The notes under the pieces: model-generated | Seen by the model: only the letters and a program-made list of their open reading frames with translations | Databases searched by the model: none | What the model was told of the DNA's origin: nothing | Translations under genes and position numbers: made by a program | Shown here: piece by piece, positions 48,939 to 57,236 of the stretch | Position numbering within the stretch: position 1 is the stretch's first letter | How the letters are laid out: every line of letters starts with the position of its first letter | Virus record (IMG/VR): IMGVR_UViG_3300044644_001125 | Location: 186,001 to 250,000 of that record | DNA length: 64,000 nt | Reading direction: 5' to 3' (one strand)

Positions 48939-49554
48939 TATGTATGAAATAACAAAAGCTGACTTGGCGGCTATATTACCAAATAACAAACACATTGATG
49001 AATGGAAAGCGGCATTAGATAAGATTTTACCAAAGTATGAAATCAATACCAAGTTACGAGTTGCTGCATTTATTGCTCAATGTTCACATGAAAGTGGTCA
49101 GTTTACTGTCTTACGTGAAAACTTGAACTATCGTGCTGAAACCTTAGTTAAAGTATTCCCCAAGTACTTTCCTACATTAGCAGTAGCCAATCAATATGCA
49201 AAGCAACCAGAAAAGATTGCAAATAAAGTATATGGTGGTAGAATGGGTAATGGTCCAGAAGCTACTGGTGAAGGTTTTAAGTTTTGTGGTCGTGGTTTAA
49301 TCCAATTGACTGGTAAAGCAAATTACCTTAGCATGGCTAAAGACTTAGGTGTAGAAGTAGATCATTTATGTGAATACTTGTGTAGCATGGAAGGTGCTTT
49401 AGAATCTGCTTGCTGGTTCTGGGATAAACATGACCTTAATACCTATGCAGACAAGAAAGACATGCTAACCATTACTAAGAAAATCAATGGTGGCACTAAT
49501 GGTTTAAAAGAACGCAATGCGAATTATGCATTGGCCCTTAAACATTTACCTTAA
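48931..49554 (+). CDS. glycoside hydrolase family 19 (chitinase-like endolysin)
   Basis: AAFIAQCSHESG, ENLNY, GRGLIQLTGK.NY, TKKINGG.NGL. Confidence 0.92.
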   Translation: MTNMYEITKADLAAILPNNKHIDEWKAALDKILPKYEINTKLRVAAFIAQCSHESGQFTVLRENLNYRAETLVKVFPKYFPTLAVANQYAKQPEKIANKVYGGRMGNGPEATGEGFKFCGRGLIQLTGKANYLSMAKDLGVEVDHLCEYLCSMEGALESACWFWDKHDLNTYADKKDMLTITKKINGGTNGLKERNANYALALKHLP

Positions 49555-49563
49555 TTTGGGAAT

Positions 49564-50361
49564 ATGGATTACTACAAGATTTTAGGTTTATCGCGTGGCG
49601 CATCGGCTGATGAAATAAAGAAAGCCTATCGCTCACTGGCAATGAAACATCACCCAGACCGAGGTGGTTCTGAAGAACAATTTAAAGACATTGCAACGGC
49701 TTATGAAGTCTTAAGTGACCCAGTTAAAAAACAACGGGTTGATAATGGACAAGATCCAAATGGACCTGAACCGCAATTCAATGGTGGATTTAATCCATTT
49801 GAATTTTTCCATGGCGGTGGTCCTCATGGGTTTCATCACGTACAACGTAATACCAGTCTTTCTATCCATGTAGAAGTTTCACTTGAAGAAGTACTAACTG
49901 GTAAATCATTTGATGCTGACTTGGCTTACCCATCTGGTCAGAAGAAAACGATTAAACTTGAAGTTCCTGCTGGTGTGTTACATGGTCAGCAGATTCGATA
50001 TCAAGGTCTGGGTGATGATTCGATTGCTGGTATTCCTCCTGGTGATTTGATTGTTAATATTAACATTAGACCTCATCGAATGTTTAGACGTGAAGGTGAT
50101 GCGCTAGTAGTTGAAAAAACCATATCAGTTTGGGATGCTCTTTTAGGTACTAAACTTGAAATTCATACCCTAGATGACAGAACGCTAAACCTGACAATCC
50201 CAGCTGGTATCCAACCAGAAACTGTTTTAAGTTGTAATGGTGAGGGATTGCCTAATATGCAAACTAAACGTCGTGGTAATCTTTTGATTAAAGTTAAAAT
50301 CAAGATACCCAAAGACTTAACACCAGATCAAATACTGCACATACAAGCAGTTGCTACTTAA
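49564..50361 (+). CDS. dnaJ: DnaJ-class molecular chaperone without zinc finger
   Basis: DYY.ILG, HHPDRGG, F..I..AYEVLSD; DnaJ_C GDL.V.I...H..F.R.G. Confidence 0.92.
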   Translation: MDYYKILGLSRGASADEIKKAYRSLAMKHHPDRGGSEEQFKDIATAYEVLSDPVKKQRVDNGQDPNGPEPQFNGGFNPFEFFHGGGPHGFHHVQRNTSLSIHVEVSLEEVLTGKSFDADLAYPSGQKKTIKLEVPAGVLHGQQIRYQGLGDDSIAGIPPGDLIVNINIRPHRMFRREGDALVVEKTISVWDALLGTKLEIHTLDDRTLNLTIPAGIQPETVLSCNGEGLPNMQTKRRGNLLIKVKIKIPKDLTPDQILHIQAVAT

Positions 50362-50431
50362 ATTCAATACCCAGCTATAGTCTGGGTATTCTTTTATTAG
50401 GCTCGCACCTAACGGTGCTCGCAAATAATGG

Positions 50432-50459
50432 TTGACATCGGTTATCTTTTAGTTATAAT
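50432..50459 (+). promoter_or_regulatory. sigma70-type early promoter, Lcl cluster 3
   Basis: TTGACA-TCGGTTATCTTTTAGT-TATAAT. Confidence 0.85.
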
Positions 50460-50484
50460 ACGCAAAACTTAACCGGAGGCAATC

Positions 50485-50685
50485 ATGAGAAAATCCCTAT
50501 CACATAAAGAAATCTTAATGCTAAAACTCGATAATCTTTTAGCGACTGCTGAATCACTCGAGGACAAACTCGTAACCGAGAATAATCAATGGCAATATCG
50601 TGCAACCGTCCTACGTAGCGATATTCAAAATTTGATTGACTATGTAGAATGGTCGGTTGAAGAGGCTGAACATCATGAACTTTGA
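50485..50685 (+). CDS. small coiled-coil hypothetical protein
   Basis: GGAGG SD. Confidence 0.6.
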   Translation: MRKSLSHKEILMLKLDNLLATAESLEDKLVTENNQWQYRATVLRSDIQNLIDYVEWSVEEAEHHEL

Positions 50686-50968
50686 AATAGCACCTAAATC
50701 AACTGAGATACAAGCCAATTGGGATAATGCCAAGTTGTATTGCTTTTCTCTCAATATCAATGGAAAAACTGGATGGAGATTACCTACCAAAGACGAACTA
50801 GATGAAATATACCAATCCGAAAATGATTTTAGGAATACATTTTACTGGTCATCTACTGTGGGTAATGGCAACGGCGCCTTGGCTCAGAGTTTCCGCACTG
50901 GCAAACAGTATGACGCCAGTAAGGACAGCGGCGGCGGCCACGTTAGAGCCATTAGGGATTTAACATGA
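50675..50968 (+). CDS. DUF1566/Lcl paralog 14 with DGR-type VR
   Basis: NNC/NNT-patterned 3' end. Confidence 0.88.
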   Translation: MNFEIAPKSTEIQANWDNAKLYCFSLNINGKTGWRLPTKDELDEIYQSENDFRNTFYWSSTVGNGNGALAQSFRTGKQYDASKDSGGGHVRAIRDLT

Positions 50969-51261
50969 AATACGAAATAGCACCTAAATCAACTGAAACA
51001 AGATTAACATGGGAAGAAGCTAGAATGTATTGCTTTTCTCTTAATATCGATGGTAAGATCGGATGGAGATTACCCACTAAAGAAGAACTCAACGAGATTT
51101 ATGAATCAGTAAACGATTTCGAGAAGGCTTGGTACTGGTCCTCTACTGAGAACAATGGCAACACCGCCTGGAGTCAGGGTTTCAACGGTGGCTACCGGAG
51201 CAACGGCGGCAATAAGGTCAACGGCCTTAACTACGTTAGAGCCATCAGATCAATCCCTTAA
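50965..51261 (+). CDS. DUF1566/Lcl paralog 15 with DGR-type VR
   Basis: gag aac aat ggc aac acc gcc tgg agt cag ggt ttc aac ggt ggc...aat aag gtc aac...tac gtt aga gcc. Confidence 0.9.
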   Translation: MKYEIAPKSTETRLTWEEARMYCFSLNIDGKIGWRLPTKEELNEIYESVNDFEKAWYWSSTENNGNTAWSQGFNGGYRSNGGNKVNGLNYVRAIRSIP

Positions 51262-51349
51262 CCTTTAGTATTTTTTGCGAGGCATAAAGCCTAAAAGATG
51301 ATTAATAATAATGCGAGCACCGTTAGGTGCGATTCAATAGGAAAACCAA

Positions 51350-51640
51350 ATGAACTTTGAAATAGCACCTAAATCAACTGAGATAAAAGCAAATTGGGAT
51401 GATGCCAGATTATATTGCTTTGCTCTTAATATAGATGGTAAGACTGGATGGAGATTACCAAATAAAGAAGAATTGAATGAAATCTATGAATCCGAAAATG
51501 ATTTTAGGAATACATTTTACTGGTCATCTACCGAGAACGATGACAGCAACGCATGGATGCAGTCCTTCAACAGTGGTGGTCAGACCTTCAACCTCAAGAG
51601 CATCGACATACTCTACGTTAGAGCAGTGAGAGATATATGA
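51350..51640 (+). CDS. DUF1566/Lcl paralog 16 with DGR-type VR
   Basis: NNC/NNT-patterned 3' end. Confidence 0.9.
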   Translation: MNFEIAPKSTEIKANWDDARLYCFALNIDGKTGWRLPNKEELNEIYESENDFRNTFYWSSTENDDSNAWMQSFNSGGQTFNLKSIDILYVRAVRDI

Positions 51641-51930
51641 ACTTTGAAATAGCACCTAAATCAACTGAGATCCAAGCCAATTGGTATGATGCCAGATTAT
51701 ATTGCTTTGCTCTTAATATAGATGGTAAGACTGGATGGAGATTACCTACCTTAGAAGAATTAAATGAAATTTATGAATCAGAAAATGATTTTGAAAAATG
51801 GGGATATTGGTCTTCTACTGAGAGCAGTGGCGACTACGCCTGGAAGCAGAATTTCAACGGTGGCAACCAGTACACCGGTAATAAGAACTACGGCGGCTAC
51901 TACGTTAGAGCCATCAGATCAATCCCTTAA
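51637..51930 (+). CDS. DUF1566/Lcl paralog 17 with DGR-type VR
   Basis: cag aat ttc aac ggt ggc aac cag tac acc ggt aat aag aac tac. Confidence 0.9.
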   Translation: MNFEIAPKSTEIQANWYDARLYCFALNIDGKTGWRLPTLEELNEIYESENDFEKWGYWSSTESSGDYAWKQNFNGGNQYTGNKNYGGYYVRAIRSIP

Positions 51931-52019
51931 CCTTTGGTATTTTTTTGCGAGGCATAAAGCCTAAAAGATGATTAATAATAATGCGAGCACCGCTAGGTGC
52001 GATCCAATAGGAAAACCAA

Positions 52020-52313
52020 ATGAACTTTGAAATAGCACCTAAATCAACTGAAATTAGACTAAACTGGTTTGATGCCAAGTTGTATTGCTTTGCTCTTAAC
52101 ATAGATGGTAAGACTGGATGGAGATTGCCAGATGAAGAAGAACTCAACGAGATTTATGAATCAGAAAACGATTTCGTTGGTAACTACTACTGGTCCTCTA
52201 CTGAGATCAATAGCTACCTTGTCTGGAGTCAGAGTTTCAGTAATGGCGATCAGGGCAACAGCTCTAAGTACTACGGCTCTGTCTATGTTAGAGCCATCAG
52301 ATCAATCCCTTAA
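52020..52313 (+). CDS. DUF1566/Lcl paralog 18 with DGR-type VR
   Basis: NNC/NNT-patterned 3' end. Confidence 0.9.
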   Translation: MNFEIAPKSTEIRLNWFDAKLYCFALNIDGKTGWRLPDEEELNEIYESENDFVGNYYWSSTEINSYLVWSQSFSNGDQGNSSKYYGSVYVRAIRSIP

Positions 52314-52400
52314 CCTTTTGGCTTTTTGCGAGGCATAAAGCCTAAAAGATGATTAATAACATTGCGAGCACCGCTAGGTGCGAGCCAATAGGAAAACCAA

Positions 52401-52712
52401 ATGAAATTTGAAATAGCACCCAAATCAACAGAGATTCGAGCCAATTGGTATGATGCCAGATTATATTGCTTTGCTCTTAACATAGATGGTAAGACTGGAT
52501 GGAGATTACCAAATAAAGAAGAATTGGATGAAATATACCAATCCGAAAATGATTCCGAAAATGATTTCGAAATTGGTTGGGATTGGTATTGGTCCTCAAC
52601 TGAGTACAATGATGACTTAGTCGTCTGGATTCAGTATTTCTATAATGGGCTTCAGAATAACGGTAAAAAGAACAGCCGCAGCGGATACGTTAGAGCCATC
52701 CGAGATATCTAA
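52401..52712 (+). CDS. DUF1566/Lcl paralog 19 with DGR-type VR
   Basis: Patterned 3' end; duplicated SENDSEND upstream. Confidence 0.88.
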   Translation: MKFEIAPKSTEIRANWYDARLYCFALNIDGKTGWRLPNKEELDEIYQSENDSENDFEIGWDWYWSSTEYNDDLVVWIQYFYNGLQNNGKKNSRSGYVRAIRDI

Positions 52713-52734
52713 ATTTTAATTAAATGGTAGACAA

Positions 52735-53415
52735 ATGAATATTAATCAAGAAATTGCAAGAGTAAAATATCGCCTTAGTAAATTAGAACAACAGCGAGAT
52801 GAATTCCGGAGTATGTTTTTACCAAACAATCGTGATAACAAGGTTGATTGTAATTATAACAAAAACCGTGTTGATAAATGGAGACTGCCTAATGTCTCTA
52901 ACTACGAAGTTAAAGAATGGTTAATTAACCTTGCATACGGTGTGCGTTCAAAATTCGTGACCGCTGATGAATTAATGCATAAATTGCACTCATTGCCTAC
53001 CGAGGTGCATGAGCGTATAATGTGGCACGCAAGTACTGATGGTGGGCAATGTTTCGAAGATCTGTTTAGTGGTGATAGTTCACCTGTTACTGAATCCGCT
53101 GCAAGTGAATCGAATTTTGAAATAGCCCCAAAATCAACCGAAGTTAAAACTAATTGGTACTATGCCAAACTGTATTGTATTGCTCTTAATATCGATGGAA
53201 AGACTGGTTGGCGTATGCCATCTAAAGAAGAACTAAATCAGATATACGAATCTGAAAATGATTTTGAGAAGGATTGGTATTGGTCATCCACTGAGGCTAT
53301 TGGTGAACAAGGTCATGGTGATTATGCTTGGTATCAGCATTTTGGTCCATATCCGGTACCGGACTTCTACAAGAAGTCTTACAAAAGATACATTAGAGCT
53401 ATCAGATCAATATAG
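52735..53415 (+). CDS. DUF1566/Lcl paralog 20 fused to a ~125-aa unrelated N-terminal domain
   Basis: Lcl domain starts at NFEIAPKSTE. Confidence 0.82.
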   Translation: MNINQEIARVKYRLSKLEQQRDEFRSMFLPNNRDNKVDCNYNKNRVDKWRLPNVSNYEVKEWLINLAYGVRSKFVTADELMHKLHSLPTEVHERIMWHASTDGGQCFEDLFSGDSSPVTESAASESNFEIAPKSTEVKTNWYYAKLYCIALNIDGKTGWRMPSKEELNQIYESENDFEKDWYWSSTEAIGEQGHGDYAWYQHFGPYPVPDFYKKSYKRYIRAIRSI

Positions 53416-53443
53416 TTCTCGCGAACCAAACAGGAGACAAAAA

Positions 53444-53740
53444 ATGAACTTTGAAATAGCACCTAAATCGACTGAGATACAAACCAACTGGGAAGAAGCT
53501 AGAATGTATTGCTTTTCTCTTAATATCGATGGTAAGATCGGATGGAGATTGCCAACTAAAGAAGAACTAAACGACATTTATGAATCAGAAAATGATTTTG
53601 AAGAATGGTACTACTGGTCCTCTACTGAGTCCAATGGCTCAAAAGCATGGTTTCAGAATTTCAACGTTGGCCACCAGAGCAGTCACGGCGTTAAGAACAA
53701 CGGCAACATCTACGGTAGAGCCATTAGAGATTTACTATGA
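53444..53740 (+). CDS. DUF1566/Lcl paralog 21 with DGR-type VR
   Basis: AGGAG SD, ATG 53444; patterned 3' end. Confidence 0.9.
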   Translation: MNFEIAPKSTEIQTNWEEARMYCFSLNIDGKIGWRLPTKEELNDIYESENDFEEWYYWSSTESNGSKAWFQNFNVGHQSSHGVKNNGNIYGRAIRDLL

Positions 53741-54042
53741 ACTTTGAAATAGCACCTAAATCAACTGAGATCCAATCCAATTGGGATGATGCCAAGTTGT
53801 ATTGTTTTTCCCTTAATATCGATGGTAAGACTGGATGGAGATTACCTACCAAACAAGAACTGAATGAGATATACCAATCAGAAAATGATTTTGAAAACAA
53901 TTGGTATTGGTCCTCGACCGAGTACTCCTCGACTGAGTACGATGGCATCTTCGTCTGGTATCAGAATATGTCAAACGGAGTTCAGTACAACCGTACTAAG
54001 AACGGCAGCTACTACGTTAGAGCCATTAGATCAATCACTTAA
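53737..54042 (+). CDS. DUF1566/Lcl paralog 22 with DGR-type VR
   Basis: 15-nt tandem duplication (SSTEY x2) at the VR start. Confidence 0.9.
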   Translation: MNFEIAPKSTEIQSNWDDAKLYCFSLNIDGKTGWRLPTKQELNEIYQSENDFENNWYWSSTEYSSTEYDGIFVWYQNMSNGVQYNRTKNGSYYVRAIRSIT

Positions 54043-54056
54043 CCTTTTGGATTATC

Positions 54057-54350
54057 ATGAACTTTGAAATAGCACCAAAATCAACTGAGATAAAAGCAAA
54101 TTGGGATGATGCCAGATTATATTGCTTTGCTCTTAACATAGATGGTAAGACAGGGTGGCGTATGCCATCTAAAGAAGAACTCAACGAGATTTATGAATCA
54201 GTAAACGATTTCGAGAAGGCTTGGTACTGGTCCTCTACTGAGAATAATGGCAACTACGCCTGGGATCAGTTTATGTCGAATGGCTACCAGGCCAGCGGCA
54301 ATAAGAACTACGGCACCTTCTACGTTAGAGCAGTTAGATCAATCCCTTAA
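54057..54350 (+). CDS. DUF1566/Lcl paralog 23 with DGR-type VR
   Basis: Patterned 3' end followed by a hairpin at 54365. Confidence 0.9.
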   Translation: MNFEIAPKSTEIKANWDDARLYCFALNIDGKTGWRMPSKEELNEIYESVNDFEKAWYWSSTENNGNYAWDQFMSNGYQASGNKNYGTFYVRAVRSIP

Positions 54351-54529
54351 CCTTTAGTATTTTTGCGAGCTCCGCTAGGAGCGAGCCAATAAACAATTAA
54401 CCCTTGACTTATCGAATATTCCCTGTATACTACAACTTCGCTACATACTGTAATACAGAAAAACAAACCTTGACTTGTACTAGAAAACAAGTTAAACTAA
54501 CTATAACATTAATAACCTAGGAGTTACGA

Positions 54530-56107
54530 ATGATTGAACCGAGTAAAAACTTACAATCAATCTTTGAGGCAGCAACTGAGATTGCAAAAGAACACAGTCA
54601 TGAGTATATTACTCTTGAACATATTGCGTATGCAATCATGAGTGATCAAGATTCATATAACTTAATCGAAGGTTTTGGAGCAGATGCTAAGTTTATTAAA
54701 ATGAACTTAGATCACTATTTGAAAACCAATTTGGCTGAAATCGTAATCGATGATCCTAATCACGTACCACGTAAAACCAATTCGGTTGACCGTGTATTAC
54801 ATCGTTGCTTTACTCAAGTTGTATTCAGTGGTCGTAATACAACTGAAGTTACTGATGTTATCATTAGTATCTTAAGTGAAAAGAACAGTTTTGCTTACTA
54901 CTTCTTTAATCGTGGTGGTGTTTCTAAAGAAAAGTTTGCTAAACACTTTAATGCCAATCGTGAAGATGGTGACTTGGGTGATCAAGCAGTTGGTAGTGCG
55001 AAAAACCCAGATAAGTTATTGGATGCGTATTGCACTAACTTGAGTGCACTTGCTCGTGATAATAAAATCGATCCAGTTATCGGTCGTGAAACCGAGTTAG
55101 AAGAAATCCAATTGATTCTTGCTCGTAGACATAAGTGTAATGTACTTTTAACCGGTTCGCCAGGCACTGGTAAGACTCAAATTTTTTCTGGCCTAGCCCG
55201 TAAAATTCACGAGAAAGATGTACCTAAGTTTATTCAAGACCACGAAGTTTATTCGCTAGATATTAGTTCATTATTGGCTGGTACTAAGTATCGTGGTGAT
55301 TTTGAAGAACGCATCAAAGGTGTTCTTGCGGCATTAGAGAAAAAAGGTAAAGTAATCTTATTCATTGATGAAGCTCATATGATGCAAGGTGCTGGTGCTT
55401 CAAGTAATAGTGCAAATGACTTATCTAACATGCTGAAACCTTTATTAACTAAAGGTACAATTAAGATTGTTGCTTCTACTACATGGGAAGATTATCGTAA
55501 ACATTTTGAGAATGACCGTGCATTAATGCGTCGATTCCAAAGAGTTGCATTCGATGAACCATCACCAGAAATGGCAGTTAAAATCTTAAAAGGTATTCGT
55601 AAGTATTATGAAGCACATCATAATGTGAAAATTACCAATGCTGCGATTGAACAAGCTGTTAAGTTATCGGTTAAGTACATCAATGACAAGCATCTACCAG
55701 ATAAAGCAATTGACATTATCGATTGTGCATCTGCTCGTTATAAATTGAATGATGATCCAACAACTGAGGGTGTAACTCAAATTGTTGATGTTGAGCAGAT
55801 TTCATTTGAGATTTCTAAGATGCTTGGTATGCCACTCGAAGCAATGACACAGCGTGAAAGTGCTAATATGATGGAACTTGAATCTGTGATGAAAGCCTCG
55901 ATCTTTAATCAAGATAAGGCTATCGATCAATTAGTTGATAAAATCTTCTTATCGCAGGCTGGAATGAAAGCACCTAACAAACCAATTGGTTCATTTTTAC
56001 TAACTGGATCCAGCGGAACTGGAAAATGTCTGGAAAAACAACAACTTATAACAGTGCGGATGAATCCAGACATGCACCGTTTTGCTAAAGCACGTAACCT
56101 AATTTAG
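54530..56107 (+). CDS. clpA: ClpA-like ATPase N-half (499 aa) plus 26-aa split-intein N-fragment
   Basis: Clp_N, DPVIGRE, GSPGTGKT, LFIDEAH, AL.RRF, LPDKAID, GSSGTGK|CLEKQQL...NLI*. Confidence 0.92.
   Translation: MIEPSKNLQSIFEAATEIAKEHSHEYITLEHIAYAIMSDQDSYNLIEGFGADAKFIKMNLDHYLKTNLAEIVIDDPNHVPRKTNSVDRVLHRCFTQVVFSGRNTTEVTDVIISILSEKNSFAYYFFNRGGVSKEKFAKHFNANREDGDLGDQAVGSAKNPDKLLDAYCTNLSALARDNKIDPVIGRETELEEIQLILARRHKCNVLLTGSPGTGKTQIFSGLARKIHEKDVPKFIQDHEVYSLDISSLLAGTKYRGDFEERIKGVLAALEKKGKVILFIDEAHMMQGAGASSNSANDLSNMLKPLLTKGTIKIVASTTWEDYRKHFENDRALMRRFQRVAFDEPSPEMAVKILKGIRKYYEAHHNVKITNAAIEQAVKLSVKYINDKHLPDKAIDIIDCASARYKLNDDPTTEGVTQIVDVEQISFEISKMLGMPLEAMTQRESANMMELESVMKASIFNQDKAIDQLVDKIFLSQAGMKAPNKPIGSFLLTGSSGTGKCLEKQQLITVRMNPDMHRFAKARNLI
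56027..56104 (+). mobile_element. split intein N-fragment (26 aa)
   Basis: Cys directly after the Walker A Lys, then stop at 56105-56107. Confidence 0.8.
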
Positions 56108-57236
56108 CAAAATCTTCAAGAATTACTCGTCTGGTTTCTTGAACACTAGACGAGTACATTTCATATACATACCAACCTTGCATTTCCGCGATTTCTTTTT
56201 TGTACATATCGAATTGATATTTCGCGTCTGCTGTTCTACCATCAAATACCTGACTCCAATTATCCCATTTTTCTTGGTCCCAAATGGGATTTGGGTGGAA
56301 ACATTCACCGTGGTATTCGATGATAATTGCTAATGATGGGATGGTTAAATCGTAGTAGAACCAACGCATTTCGTCTTCGTCAAATATAGCCCATTCTTGG
56401 TTTCCTTCAACCCCAATATAGTATGTTATCTCATACTTATCCAATAGATTTATTATATCCGAAAGAGCAACCAATGATTCGGCACTTGCAGATGATGAAT
56501 TTGTATTTTTACGCTTCCGATTGGCTCGCATATCATTGTATAATCTGGTTCCTTCCTCTATACCATGCTTTGCTATATAAGATTCCAGCGTTGGACTTCG
56601 TTTTTTATTGATTCCCGGTATAGATTCCATGTGGGTTGACCAGTTCTCGTTTCTTTCTTTAAACTTGATAGCACCGAGTTCCTCGCCGTATTTTTTCTGA
56701 TATGTTTCCAATGTATTGGTTGCTTGAACCTGACGCACCAATTCCTTTGCTTCTGCTTCGGTGTATCCTTTCTTAGTCCAATATTTTACATTACGTTGAG
56801 ACACATCATCTCGGCCTCTAGTTTTATCTGCTGATATCAGAGATTTTCTACGCTGAGTTTCACTGGAATGATCGAAGTGTGCAGTTTTCCTAGAGTTAGC
56901 ATCCAAATAAATTATAGTACCATGCATTACGCCATACATTGTTACGTGATAATTTAAGGAACCTATCTTGTACGTTTTTAAATCCAGCCATCTAGCAGCC
57001 CAACCAGATAATCCATACTTAATGAATTTAACAAATGTTTCTCGTCTATCGTTAGTGTATAAACCTTGTTTATCGATTTCTGAAATCTCTTCCAGTTCTG
57101 CTTCGGTTAATGGTCTATCACCAAATGCTTCCTTGTAAAATGGACTGTCCGTTATTCTTGCATGAATTGGTTTAATCAAATCTGGGTTGTATCGTCTTTT
57201 AGTTCTGGCGACAGGTGTTTCAATCGTAGTTTCCAT
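56085..57236 (-). CDS. Vsr-like/PD-(D/E)XK free-standing homing endonuclease
   Basis: Repeated Y..K.G.EEG modules; C-terminal FYYDL.I....IIEYHGECFH...D..K...A...G. Confidence 0.75.
   Translation of the reverse strand: METTIETPVARTKRRYNPDLIKPIHARITDSPFYKEAFGDRPLTEAELEEISEIDKQGLYTNDRRETFVKFIKYGLSGWAARWLDLKTYKIGSLNYHVTMYGVMHGTIIYLDANSRKTAHFDHSSETQRRKSLISADKTRGRDDVSQRNVKYWTKKGYTEAEAKELVRQVQATNTLETYQKKYGEELGAIKFKERNENWSTHMESIPGINKKRSPTLESYIAKHGIEEGTRLYNDMRANRKRKNTNSSSASAESLVALSDIINLLDKYEITYYIGVEGNQEWAIFDEDEMRWFYYDLTIPSLAIIIEYHGECFHPNPIWDQEKWDNWSQVFDGRTADAKYQFDMYKKEIAEMQGWYVYEMYSSSVQETRRVILEDFAKLGYVL

Larger units (their letters stand above)
51262..52400 (+). repeat. three near-identical ~88-bp intergenic units (51262-51349, 51931-52019, 52314-52400)
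   Basis: CCTTT..TTTTTGCGAGGCATAAAGCCTAAAAGATGATTAATAA..TGCGAGCACCG(C/T)TAGGTGCGA..CAATAGGAAAACCAA-ATG. Confidence 0.92.

Noticed and set aside
51255-51330. Integron attC site (TAAC at the stop codon, GTTAGGT downstream)
   Set aside because: The interior is not self-complementary, the GTT box is GCT in the other copies, and there is no integrase in the window
51262-52400. CRISPR array
   Set aside because: The repeats are ~88 bp and the intervening sequences are intact paralogous genes, not unique 30-40-nt spacers
53258-53443. N-terminal extension of paralog 21
   Set aside because: It overlaps paralog 20 in another frame; AGGAG and ATG at 53444 match the other paralogs
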